A stretch of DNA of 11,992 nt from Candidatus Sumerlaeia bacterium (GTDB taxonomy: Bacteria; Sumerlaeota; Sumerlaeia; SLMS01), in assembly GCA_038208905.1 (NCBI GenBank), contig JBBQYG010000129.1:1-11992 (forward strand), read 5' to 3'. Under the pieces are notes generated by a model. That model saw only the letters and a program-made list of their open reading frames with translations, had not been told where the DNA came from and searched no databases. How positions within the stretch are numbered: position 1 is the first letter of the stretch; each line of letters opens with the position of its first letter. The translations under genes and the position numbers were made by a program. Of the stretch, positions 1-7,802 are shown one piece after another.

Positions 1-273
1 GTGGAGGATTCCAGCGAAATTACCGACGCGGAACTACTCGAATTCAAGGAAACGTGGTCATCACTCCTCACCAAGGTCCATGCCGCGCAACCAGACCACC
101 AGACCTGGCGCCGCATGGTCAGCAATCACTTGATTGACGAGTTGATTGCCCGGGGCGAGATCACGGTGTGGACGACATACCGGGAGACGTTTGGGCATCT
201 GACCTTCATCTTCATCCTGCTCGGCATCGGAACCGCATTCTGGCGCGGCGGGCAGAAGGATGGGCCGACCTAG
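1..273 (+). CDS. C-terminal fragment of a hypothetical membrane protein (5' end outside window)
   Basis: Frame is open from base 1 to TAG at 271-273. It ends in a hydrophobic helix (FGHLTFIFILLGIGTAFW) followed by a short polar tail. The stop shares a CTAG with the stop of the convergent gene. No family recognised. Confidence 0.7.
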   Translation: MEDSSEITDAELLEFKETWSSLLTKVHAAQPDHQTWRRMVSNHLIDELIARGEITVWTTYRETFGHLTFIFILLGIGTAFWRGGQKDGPT

Positions 274-1655
274 GAAAGTCTGGTCGCCTGACTTCCGGCT
301 TCATCCAGAGTCACGGTTCGCAAAACAGAACGCCCCTTGATATGCACCGTCACCGGGCCGTCGGACCGTACTTTCGCCATCCACATTCCCTCGCTCCGGC
401 TGGCATACAATTCGACATCGCTCTTGCCGACGCGTAGATTCCGGACTCCGTGGGTCTCGTCCTCCAGAAGAAGGTTCCAAGTCACCTCTCCGGCAGGCCC
501 GTTGATGGAGATTCCGAGCACGTTCTCGAGTAGGAGTGCGACGACGCTGAGGGCCGTCCAGCCGAAGGAGATCGGCTTGGCGTCAACGCCCGGCGCCGCG
601 TGGTCGGGGGCATAGTATTCCCAGAACTTGCCGGTCTCGCGGTGAACCTCGGCCACGTTCTCCAAGTGGTTCAGTGCGATGTGGTGGGCGAGGAGGTCCT
701 CCCCCGCGAACTCGAGCCCGCGTGCGACCATATGGACTGTGGAGGGCCAAACCCCGCCGCTGTAGGGCTCGCCGTTGGGGGAGAACCCCTTCTCCCGAGC
801 CGCGAGGGACGGGACCATGTGGTTCCGCGCGAAGTCGCGGTAGGAGCGCAGGTGATGCACCATCGTCGCGCGCCGCTCCGGCGTGGGGATATCGGCAAGC
901 AGTGCCCAGTACATTCCGGCGCGGACCGGCTCCGCCCAGTAGTCGTCCTCGTCTATATCGCTATACACTCCCCGCGCGTCGTCCCACATGGAGTCGTTGG
1001 CGATGTGCTTGAGCTCCAGATAGCGAAGGGAGTTCTTCCTCGCGATGTCGTCCTCCCCCACGAGCAGCGCGAGGCTGGCGAGGCACTGGCAATGATGGGC
1101 GGCGGCAGCGGTCGCGGCGATGGAGCCCCGGGCATTGCGCGGACCCCTGCCGAAGACAAGCGCACCATTGCCCGCGGAACGTTGCGCGAAAATCCAATCT
1201 GTGTGTCCCTCCAGTAGCGGCACCACGCGCGCGATACGGACTAGGTCGCCGGTCACGCCGAACCACTCAAGCTCGGCCCAGGCGAGAATCGGCGGAGGGA
1301 CCATTTCGTTGTCCTTTGCCGCACAGCCCGTACACGAAATCGCGGACGGAATCATGCCATCCTTTGTCCGGCCACCATAGAGCTGGTCGAGCAGTTCCAT
1401 CGGTGCGGGAAGCACCGACTCCCGGGGCGGTATATGCCGCGCCCAGAGCGCCGAGTGGCACACTTCCCATTGCGACAGTTTGCCGAGACGCGAGGAGCGA
1501 ATCTGTTCGTCAGCCCGCTTTGCAAACTCCGACGCGGCGGCATACAGCGAAACTAGGTGTGGCCGAGCGGGAAGGATGGGCTCGGGGAGGCCCCTGAAAA
1601 CAATCGGGCGGGGGCGGGGCGAAGGCTCTTCGCCGTGATGCGGCATGGAACTCAT
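270..1655 (-). CDS. MGH1/GH63-like (trehalase-clan, (alpha/alpha)6-barrel) glycoside hydrolase homolog, possibly catalytically degenerate
   Basis: 461 aa. Family-like motifs: LDQLYG..KDGMI, PPILAWAELEWFGVTGD..R, MWDDARGVYSD, HMVPSLAARE..F.P.G..Y.GGVWPSTVHMVARGL, TGKFWEYYAPD, FGWTALSV..LLENVLGI, then a C-terminal beta-rich region (HGVRNLRVG). SD GAGG at 1665-1668, 9 nt before the ATG. No signal peptide. Confidence 0.8.
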   Translation of the reverse strand: MSSMPHHGEEPSPRPRPIVFRGLPEPILPARPHLVSLYAAASEFAKRADEQIRSSRLGKLSQWEVCHSALWARHIPPRESVLPAPMELLDQLYGGRTKDGMIPSAISCTGCAAKDNEMVPPPILAWAELEWFGVTGDLVRIARVVPLLEGHTDWIFAQRSAGNGALVFGRGPRNARGSIAATAAAAHHCQCLASLALLVGEDDIARKNSLRYLELKHIANDSMWDDARGVYSDIDEDDYWAEPVRAGMYWALLADIPTPERRATMVHHLRSYRDFARNHMVPSLAAREKGFSPNGEPYSGGVWPSTVHMVARGLEFAGEDLLAHHIALNHLENVAEVHRETGKFWEYYAPDHAAPGVDAKPISFGWTALSVVALLLENVLGISINGPAGEVTWNLLLEDETHGVRNLRVGKSDVELYASRSEGMWMAKVRSDGPVTVHIKGRSVLRTVTLDEAGSQATRLS

Positions 1656-1682
1656 TGCAGGAAACCTCGCGGCTGAGGCGAG

Positions 1683-1710
1683 ATAAAATCGGGGGGTGCC
1701 CTCCTGTCAA
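1683..1710 (-). promoter_or_regulatory. Candidate sigma70-type promoter for the GH63-like gene
   Basis: Perfect TTGACA (1710-1705), 16 nt spacer, then TTTTAT (1688-1683; 4/6 match to TATAAT), inside the 77-nt intergenic gap. Confidence 0.45.
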
Positions 1711-1732
1711 CGGCGTAGCGCAGGCCTCGGAA

Positions 1733-2962
1733 TTATTCCTCGCGAAACGGCGTTAGCCATCCTCGCAGGTCGATGTGCAGGTACGGCGTCCCCTTGCTGG
1801 CGCCGGGGCCTTCGTACTTGGCAATGGTGCCGATGCCGCCAAAGATTCCCAAGTCTTCCATTGTCTGCTTTGCAATGGCGGAGAGTACCTCCACGTCGGC
1901 GATGGTCGTCTGGCCGTCTGCGTTTGTGTCGCCCATGACGGCGGGCGCGTCCCCGCGGGCAGTGGTGTCGTAAACCAGGGCCACGGCGTCGCCGTACTGG
2001 AAGCGGGTGTATTCGGCAAGGCGGGTTCCCTGCCGCTCCAGGCGGAGGCGATCCGTGGGCGACACGAACCCGCGCAGGATGCGGAGCTTGGCGGGATCGA
2101 GCTTCGCCTCGGCGACCTTCTTCTCGAACGCGCCGAGAAACCGGATCAGACGGGGTGAGATCGCCGCGAAACGCGAGGGACGCGCGGCGTCCTCGGGGAA
2201 AACCGCGGGGGCCAGATCGCCGAGCGTGAAGCGGTCTGTGACCGCCGCCTTGGCTGAATGCTCGTCGATGCGATAGAACGTGGCAGGCGGGTTATAGAGG
2301 GTGATGTTGTCCCGGATCGTGTTGGGGGCCTTGGGATCGCGCTCGTTGGGATAGATGCCGATGCTCTGGCTCTCCAAAAGGCCGTCGCCATTGCGGTCGA
2401 AGGCGACACCCGCCAGGAGCAACACGCTCGCCCTCCCAGAGGCGAGCACCGAAGGGGCGGCGGCCTCGGGCGATGCCGCGAGCGATGGCGAGCGATCCAC
2501 CGATAGGCGCGCGACGGAAGCAGTGACGTTGCTGGCGCGTCCCCGCGCGGTGCCAGGCCGCCAGACGACTCCCCCGCCGGACCCGGCCAGCAGGAAATCG
2601 TCGGGCTCGGATTGCCAGGTGACTTCCGTGGTCGAAGTCTGGCGATAGACCCCGCCGGTTTCGATGCGGGGGGCCGCGTCGCGGGCTCCTTCGGCGCGCA
2701 GCTCCGCAAAAAGTTCGACGGAGCCGCCCGGCTCCACCAAATAGACGCGCGTCGCCGACTGCACCGGCTGGCCGTTGATGGAGAGGGCCACGGTGCCTTC
2801 CACCTCGCGAGCCTCCACAGCGCCGTAAACGCCGCGCGCGATGGCGCCGCGCAGGATCGCGGGGGCGTCCACCTCGGGGGCCAACACTTCCTGAGCAAGA
2901 ACCGGCAGGGCGGCTGCGGCCAGCAGGGCGGCGCCATAGAGGGTGTTTCGACGCAGGATCAA
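1733..2962 (-). CDS. Secreted protein with C-terminal peptidase M15A-like (YcbK/DUF882-related, Hedgehog/DD-peptidase fold) domain; Zn ligands appear substituted
   Basis: 409 aa. TTG start with GGAGG (2975-2971) 8 nt upstream. Sec signal MILRRNTLYGAALLAAAALPVLA|Q. The C-terminal half follows the M15A motif order: VTDRFTLGDL, ISPRLIRFL, LRILRGFVSP, TRFQYGDAVAL, GGIGTI, PYLHIDLRG. Confidence 0.7.
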   Translation of the reverse strand: MILRRNTLYGAALLAAAALPVLAQEVLAPEVDAPAILRGAIARGVYGAVEAREVEGTVALSINGQPVQSATRVYLVEPGGSVELFAELRAEGARDAAPRIETGGVYRQTSTTEVTWQSEPDDFLLAGSGGGVVWRPGTARGRASNVTASVARLSVDRSPSLAASPEAAAPSVLASGRASVLLLAGVAFDRNGDGLLESQSIGIYPNERDPKAPNTIRDNITLYNPPATFYRIDEHSAKAAVTDRFTLGDLAPAVFPEDAARPSRFAAISPRLIRFLGAFEKKVAEAKLDPAKLRILRGFVSPTDRLRLERQGTRLAEYTRFQYGDAVALVYDTTARGDAPAVMGDTNADGQTTIADVEVLSAIAKQTMEDLGIFGGIGTIAKYEGPGASKGTPYLHIDLRGWLTPFREE

Positions 2963-3136
2963 GGATCGGGCCTCCGATGGGGAACGGTGAAATCACGCTG
3001 AGGCTTCAGGGCACCACCAAGGGAGCCACGGGGACAGAGAAATCCGTTGCGATTGGCCGCCGCCGCCGGTTTTCCTCCGGTCTCGTCGCCCCGGGTCGCC
3101 GGGACGTCCATGCCCATCTGCGGAGTGTGTCTCCAA

Positions 3137-5122
3137 GTGTCCTCGATTTCCCGAAAACTGATCGTGATGGGACTGGCCCTTTTTCTCGCCCTCGCGGGGT
3201 CGATTCCGGTGCAGGCCCAGGAGTCGGGCGACATCAGCCAGCGCGAGGATCTCGTGCGCCAGCGCGACGTGCTCCGCTTGCAGGAGCGCATCCGCCTTCG
3301 CTCCACACAGGGACGTTGGCAGGAGGTGATCGAGACCGCCAACGAGCTGCTGAAGCTGGAGCCGGGCAATGTGACGGCGATCCTGAACAAGGACCGCGCG
3401 GAGTCGAAGCTCGCCAGCGGCGGCACCGCGCCGGGCGTGGGCACGGAGGGGCCGTATGTCGATCCCGCCACCGTGCTGATGACGCCTGCCCCATCGGACA
3501 CGGGATTGGGGGCGCCGCCGTCCGCGGGCGAATTGGATCCCTTCGCCACGGCGGAGGCTGGCACGGCCACGGCCCCCGCAGCGGAAACGGCCCCGTCGGA
3601 GCCGAAGTCCCGGGAGGAAGTGCTCGCGCTGCTGATGGGACCCGGATACAAGGAGAAGAAGAAGCCCAAGTTCAACATGTACGCTTACTTCAGTTCGCTG
3701 GCGGGGCTGGTTGCCCTGGTTGGCCTGGTGGGTGGCGGCATTGCCTGGATGCGAGGCAAGGACATGTCGGCGGCGCAGCTTGCCGCCTCTGCCCCCAGCG
3801 TCGGCCGAAGCGTCGGGCTGGAGGACATGCCAACCGTCCACGGCTCCCAGCCCACCGTTCCCGCCACCTCGCCGCGCGGAGGCCCCACGCAGCCCGGCTA
3901 TTTCGAGGTAGGCGGCAAGTCCACCTCGGAAACCACCATGTCGGGGGCGCCCGCTGCGCCCGCCCACACGGGCGAGGTTATGTATGACGCCGTGACGGAC
4001 GTGGAGGCGGGGGGCGGCGTGGCCTACTCGCCCGGCGCCGTGCACGAAGAGACCCGTCCCTCAGCCCCTGTGGCCGAGGCACCGCCGCCGATCGTCGCGA
4101 CTCCGCCAAAGTCCAAGCAGGAGGCCGTGGTTTCCGATCCCTCCGCGCGCAAGAGCGCCGAGTCGGTCAACCTGGGCGATTTGATGATGAGCGCCCCCGA
4201 ATCAAGCGGCATCGGCATCGACTATTCCGAGACCGACGATCCTCTCTTCACCGGGAGCCAGGCACTCGATGTTTTTCCGACGCAGGGAACTCCTTTCGAA
4301 GCGAAGAGCACCCCCGCCCCTGCGCCCAAGCCCGCGCCAGTCCCGCGCAGCAGCATGGCGGAAATCTCCGATTCGATCCTCCTCGGCAATGTAGAGCCGG
4401 AACCGCCTCCCGCGAAGAAGAAGCACGACAGCGGCCTGGAAGCGACGACCGACAAGCAGGCCTTTATGCCGGGCGTCGCGCCGCCCATTCACGATCTCCC
4501 CCTCGCCCACGAGAAGACTTCGACCGACGGATTTCTGGATGCCGCGCCCCCGGCGCGCCCCGCCCCGCCACCGGCCACAGCCGACGACGCGGATGCGACC
4601 GGCGGGCTCACGTTCAACTCGCTCATGTTTGGTGGCGCCCAACCCGCGCTCCCACCCGCCGCGCCCAAGAAGGACGCTTCCGCGGAAGACCTGACCAACA
4701 CCAGCTTCGAGCGCCAGTACTCGAACGTCATGTTTGGCACAGGGGCCGAGGAGACGTCCTTTGCGCCGGCTCCGCCCGCTGAAGCCGTCAAGGGCGCGGA
4801 GGAGGAAACGCTCGTCTTCCGCAATCCCTCCTCGATGGGGAGCAAGGCCTTTGCGCCGGCGACGCCACCACCACCCGCCGAGGTCAGCGCCGACGAGGTT
4901 ACTTCCATCGAGCCACCCAAGCCCGATGTCGCCGCGGCCATCATCGGCACGCCGAAGGTCAGCATGTTCGAGCGCCAGCGCGACGCCGGCAAGGAAGCCA
5001 TCGCGGCGGAGGACTATGCCCGGGCGGTGCAGTGCCTGAGCGTGGCGGCGAGCCTGAAGCCGTCGGACAAGGAAGTGCGCGAGCTGTTGGAGGAAGCGCG
5101 GAAGAAACGTCGCGGCGTGTAG
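3137..5122 (+). CDS. Single-pass membrane protein: signal peptide, TPR, Pro/Ala linker, TM helix, long acidic Pro/Ala-rich disordered region, C-terminal TPR (FimV/HubP-like architecture)
   Basis: Start moved from ORF-track 3047 to in-frame GTG 3137 (GGAG at 3122-3125), which gives signal peptide MSSISRKLIVMGLALFLALAGSIPVQA|Q. TPR-like GRWQEVIETANELLKLEPGNVTA; TM YAYFSSLAGLVALVGLVGGGIAWM; C-terminal TPR-like GKEAIAAEDYARAVQCLSVAASLKPSDKEVRELLEEA. Confidence 0.75.
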   Translation: MSSISRKLIVMGLALFLALAGSIPVQAQESGDISQREDLVRQRDVLRLQERIRLRSTQGRWQEVIETANELLKLEPGNVTAILNKDRAESKLASGGTAPGVGTEGPYVDPATVLMTPAPSDTGLGAPPSAGELDPFATAEAGTATAPAAETAPSEPKSREEVLALLMGPGYKEKKKPKFNMYAYFSSLAGLVALVGLVGGGIAWMRGKDMSAAQLAASAPSVGRSVGLEDMPTVHGSQPTVPATSPRGGPTQPGYFEVGGKSTSETTMSGAPAAPAHTGEVMYDAVTDVEAGGGVAYSPGAVHEETRPSAPVAEAPPPIVATPPKSKQEAVVSDPSARKSAESVNLGDLMMSAPESSGIGIDYSETDDPLFTGSQALDVFPTQGTPFEAKSTPAPAPKPAPVPRSSMAEISDSILLGNVEPEPPPAKKKHDSGLEATTDKQAFMPGVAPPIHDLPLAHEKTSTDGFLDAAPPARPAPPPATADDADATGGLTFNSLMFGGAQPALPPAAPKKDASAEDLTNTSFERQYSNVMFGTGAEETSFAPAPPAEAVKGAEEETLVFRNPSSMGSKAFAPATPPPPAEVSADEVTSIEPPKPDVAAAIIGTPKVSMFERQRDAGKEAIAAEDYARAVQCLSVAASLKPSDKEVRELLEEARKKRRGV

Positions 5123-5129
5123 TCGGCGA

Positions 5130-6827
5130 CTACTGGGCGGGAGACAGCACGCGCCAGCGCCGCTCGAACTCCGCCTCTTCCACACCGATGAATACTTCCT
5201 CCAACGGCCTGCCGTCGTCGAGGTCCCGGCGCACATAGACCATGAACCCCACCTGAGAAAACGACAGCCGCGCCTTGAGCAGCCAGCGCGGGCGATAGAG
5301 TTTCGCGAATTCGGGATCGTCGAAGACGGGACGAAGCGACGGCACCGTCGGCTTGAGACGCCATTCGCGCGGCCAGAAGTCCGTGTCGAGGGCGCTCTCC
5401 GCCACGAGATAGTGCGGCCGCCGCAGGCCGAGGTATTGAACCGAAAGCCCGCGCCGGGCGATATCGCGATCCATCAGGCCCATCAGGTCGAGCACGGTCT
5501 GTCCCCGCCCCGCATAGTATCCGAACTGCCCCAATTGGTCCCCCGCGATGACAGCGCCGGACGGAAGATTATTGGCGACCCAGCGGCCCGCCTCGGCGTT
5601 GATGAAGATCGGCTCGTGCAGGTACCAGGAAACGCGCTCGCCCAGGTCCCATGTTTCCTTCTCGATCAGGCGCGCGTGGAATCGCGAGCGCGGCGCGTCG
5701 GTGTTTCCGCGAAAAAGCGCGCTCCCTTCCCGATAGATCGTGAACGGCATCGGCAGGAACACCAGCAGCGTCACCATCGCGGCGATAGTCCGCGCGGTGC
5801 TGGCGCCTCTGTGTATCTCGAGGCGTTCCGCGATGAATGCAACCAGCAGCCACACACCAATCACCGAGGGGACAAAGAGCGGGACGAGGTAGCGGAAGCC
5901 CTCGTTGAGGAGGCTCCCCGCCTTGAGCTGAAAGAGAACAGCGGCGGCTCCCATGCCGAGCGTTGCCACGGCGAGGGGTCGCAGCTTCTCCGACCTAAGC
6001 GCCAGCAAGGCCCCCACAAATCCAATCACGGGAACGCCCGTGCGCGATGCCGTATAGGACAACACGGGCCCGTAGCCGAGGCCCGAGGCGCGCTTGGCGA
6101 TCATTGTGTTGGGAACCCATTCGCCATAGTAGAATAGGCGGAACGCGAGCTGTGCGAGAAATGCCCCAGTGGGAATCGCCGCGAAGAGGAGGAGCGGCCG
6201 CCACGCGGCGGGATCGCGCGGGCGCAGGCCCGGGCGCCAGAGTTCCCTGGCCGCGACGGCGGGAAGCAGCGCCAGCGCGAAGCCGATTCCCTCGGGCCGC
6301 GTCAGCGTCGTCATCGCCGCCAGGATCGCGGCGAAAAGTATCGAACCCCCGGCGCCGATGACCAGAATCGCACCACCGAGAATAACGGCGTAGGGTACCG
6401 TCTCCAGCCCACGGTCGTCGTGATAGTGGAGTAGCGGCTCTACCGCCAACGCCAGCGGAAGCCACCACACCACCCACCACGGGTCCTCCACATGGGAGAG
6501 CCTGCGTGCTGCCCACCAGCCGCCCGCGATCAACGCCGAGAAGAGGCCCGTGGATAGGACGCGCGCGCCGATGTCTATACGGATGCCAAGCAGCTCGAAC
6601 GGCACGGTGGCGAGCACCCACAGGAGGTTCGAGTAGCCCTCCACGCGGTCGCCCTCGTTGAAGACGAGGCCATGTCCCTCGGCCAGATTCCGCGCATAGC
6701 GGAAAGAGATAAAGGCGTCCTCGCCCAGATGGCTGTAGGTGACGAGCGCGAGCAGGAGAAATGCGAGGAGCAGCCCCGCGAGTGCCGCCCACCCCCCCGC
6801 CGATGGCTTGCGGAGTTCGGGATTCAT
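5130..6827 (-). CDS. Polytopic GT-C superfamily glycosyltransferase (AftB/ArnT/PMT-like, lipid-linked sugar donor)
   Basis: 565 aa. First-loop signature EDAFISFRYARNLAEGHGLVFNEGDRVEGYSNLLW after TM1; GLET, LTRPEG, FRLFYYGEWVPNT..AK, RYLVP; many TM helices; soluble C-terminal domain with GQFGYY...LDLMGLMD..IAR. ATGA overlap with the upstream gene. Confidence 0.85.
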   Translation of the reverse strand: MNPELRKPSAGGWAALAGLLLAFLLLALVTYSHLGEDAFISFRYARNLAEGHGLVFNEGDRVEGYSNLLWVLATVPFELLGIRIDIGARVLSTGLFSALIAGGWWAARRLSHVEDPWWVVWWLPLALAVEPLLHYHDDRGLETVPYAVILGGAILVIGAGGSILFAAILAAMTTLTRPEGIGFALALLPAVAARELWRPGLRPRDPAAWRPLLLFAAIPTGAFLAQLAFRLFYYGEWVPNTMIAKRASGLGYGPVLSYTASRTGVPVIGFVGALLALRSEKLRPLAVATLGMGAAAVLFQLKAGSLLNEGFRYLVPLFVPSVIGVWLLVAFIAERLEIHRGASTARTIAAMVTLLVFLPMPFTIYREGSALFRGNTDAPRSRFHARLIEKETWDLGERVSWYLHEPIFINAEAGRWVANNLPSGAVIAGDQLGQFGYYAGRGQTVLDLMGLMDRDIARRGLSVQYLGLRRPHYLVAESALDTDFWPREWRLKPTVPSLRPVFDDPEFAKLYRPRWLLKARLSFSQVGFMVYVRRDLDDGRPLEEVFIGVEEAEFERRWRVLSPAQ

Positions 6828-7783
6828 TCAGCCTCCACCTCGCGAAACCGGTCCGCCGCATAGTCTGCTGCGCGCACGACGCGGAAGGCGCGCGAGAACT
6901 CCTCGACGATCACACGTAACTTCGCCTCCTTGCGCTCCGCCGAGAAGTCGAACCCGCCGAGCGCGGGGCGGCGCGAATCGAAAACGATGGGTCGGCGGCA
7001 ATCGACTGCGTCGATGGCGTGAAGGAGGAGAAGAACGGGGCGGCGTTTCTCCGCCATCCGCCGAAAGAGATCGCGAATGCCACCCGCCCCGAGGCGGAAC
7101 AGCGTCGCAGCCGTCAGCGGCATTCGCCATCCCGGCGTGACGCCCACGGGGATTTCCAGCACATCGCCAACGGCGGGTGCGGCCATCGCCTTGCGAATCG
7201 CGTGGCGGCGGGGATGATAGGGCCTGCGCGGCGCGCGTCCGTAGGAGAAGCGCCCGAATTGGCGCTTCGTCGGATCCCATCGCCTCGCGAGCACGGCGTC
7301 GGCCATGCGCAGCACCGGCGCCAGATACGTCGGCAGCATGGAGGCATCGTAGAGATACCCGCACTGGCGCACGGCGCGCAGGACGCGAGCATCCACGTCG
7401 TAGCCCGGCGCGCGAAAGCCGACCGGGCGCGCACCGACTGCGCGCAGCAGGCGATCCGCGCGGCGCACTTCGGAGAGAATCTCCGCATAGGTTCCCAGCG
7501 TCATGCCGAGCCGGTGGGTCATGCTGTGATTGCCGAGTTCGAATCCGCGATGGAGTAGCTTGCGCGCGGCGCGGCGCTTCGCGTCGAGTTCCAAGTCCCT
7601 TCCCACGATGAAGAACGAGGCGGGAGCCCCCGCAGAGGAGAACAGCGCATCGAGGCGCGGAACCCCCTCCTGCCAGCAGGGGTCCTCCGCGAACGTGTCG
7701 TTCTCTGGACGCCCGTAGCATCGGCGCACGGCCCACAGGCCATCCACGTCCACCTGCACGAATCCCGTGGGGGCCGCGCTCAT
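6824..7783 (-). CDS. Polysaccharide deacetylase (carbohydrate esterase family 4, NodB-like)
   Basis: 319 aa. CE4 motifs VQVDVD, ASFFIVG, ELGNHSMTH (metal-binding HxxxH), GFRAPGY, YLYDAS, LEIPV, LLLLHAID. No signal peptide. Confidence 0.9.
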   Translation of the reverse strand: MSAAPTGFVQVDVDGLWAVRRCYGRPENDTFAEDPCWQEGVPRLDALFSSAGAPASFFIVGRDLELDAKRRAARKLLHRGFELGNHSMTHRLGMTLGTYAEILSEVRRADRLLRAVGARPVGFRAPGYDVDARVLRAVRQCGYLYDASMLPTYLAPVLRMADAVLARRWDPTKRQFGRFSYGRAPRRPYHPRRHAIRKAMAAPAVGDVLEIPVGVTPGWRMPLTAATLFRLGAGGIRDLFRRMAEKRRPVLLLLHAIDAVDCRRPIVFDSRRPALGGFDFSAERKEAKLRVIVEEFSRAFRVVRAADYAADRFREVEAE

Positions 7784-7802
7784 GGCCGTCGCAGCGCGCG
7801 AG

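Noticed and set aside
1665..1678. CCUC-N6-GAGG hairpin occluding the SD of the GH63-like gene (thermometer/riboswitch idea)
   Set aside because: Only 4 bp and not extendable; no aptamer-like structure; likely chance.
4758..4860. 13-bp direct repeat cctttgcgccggc as a CRISPR or mobile-element repeat
   Set aside because: Only two short copies, in frame within a CDS (FAPA); explained by protein-level repetition.
2977..5236. Long alternative ORFs (2977-3987 +, 2993-4045 -, 4202-5236 -) over the TPR membrane gene
   Set aside because: Arg/Gly/Ala-rich off-frame translations with no motifs; the 3137-5122 frame has a coherent signal peptide, TM and TPRs.
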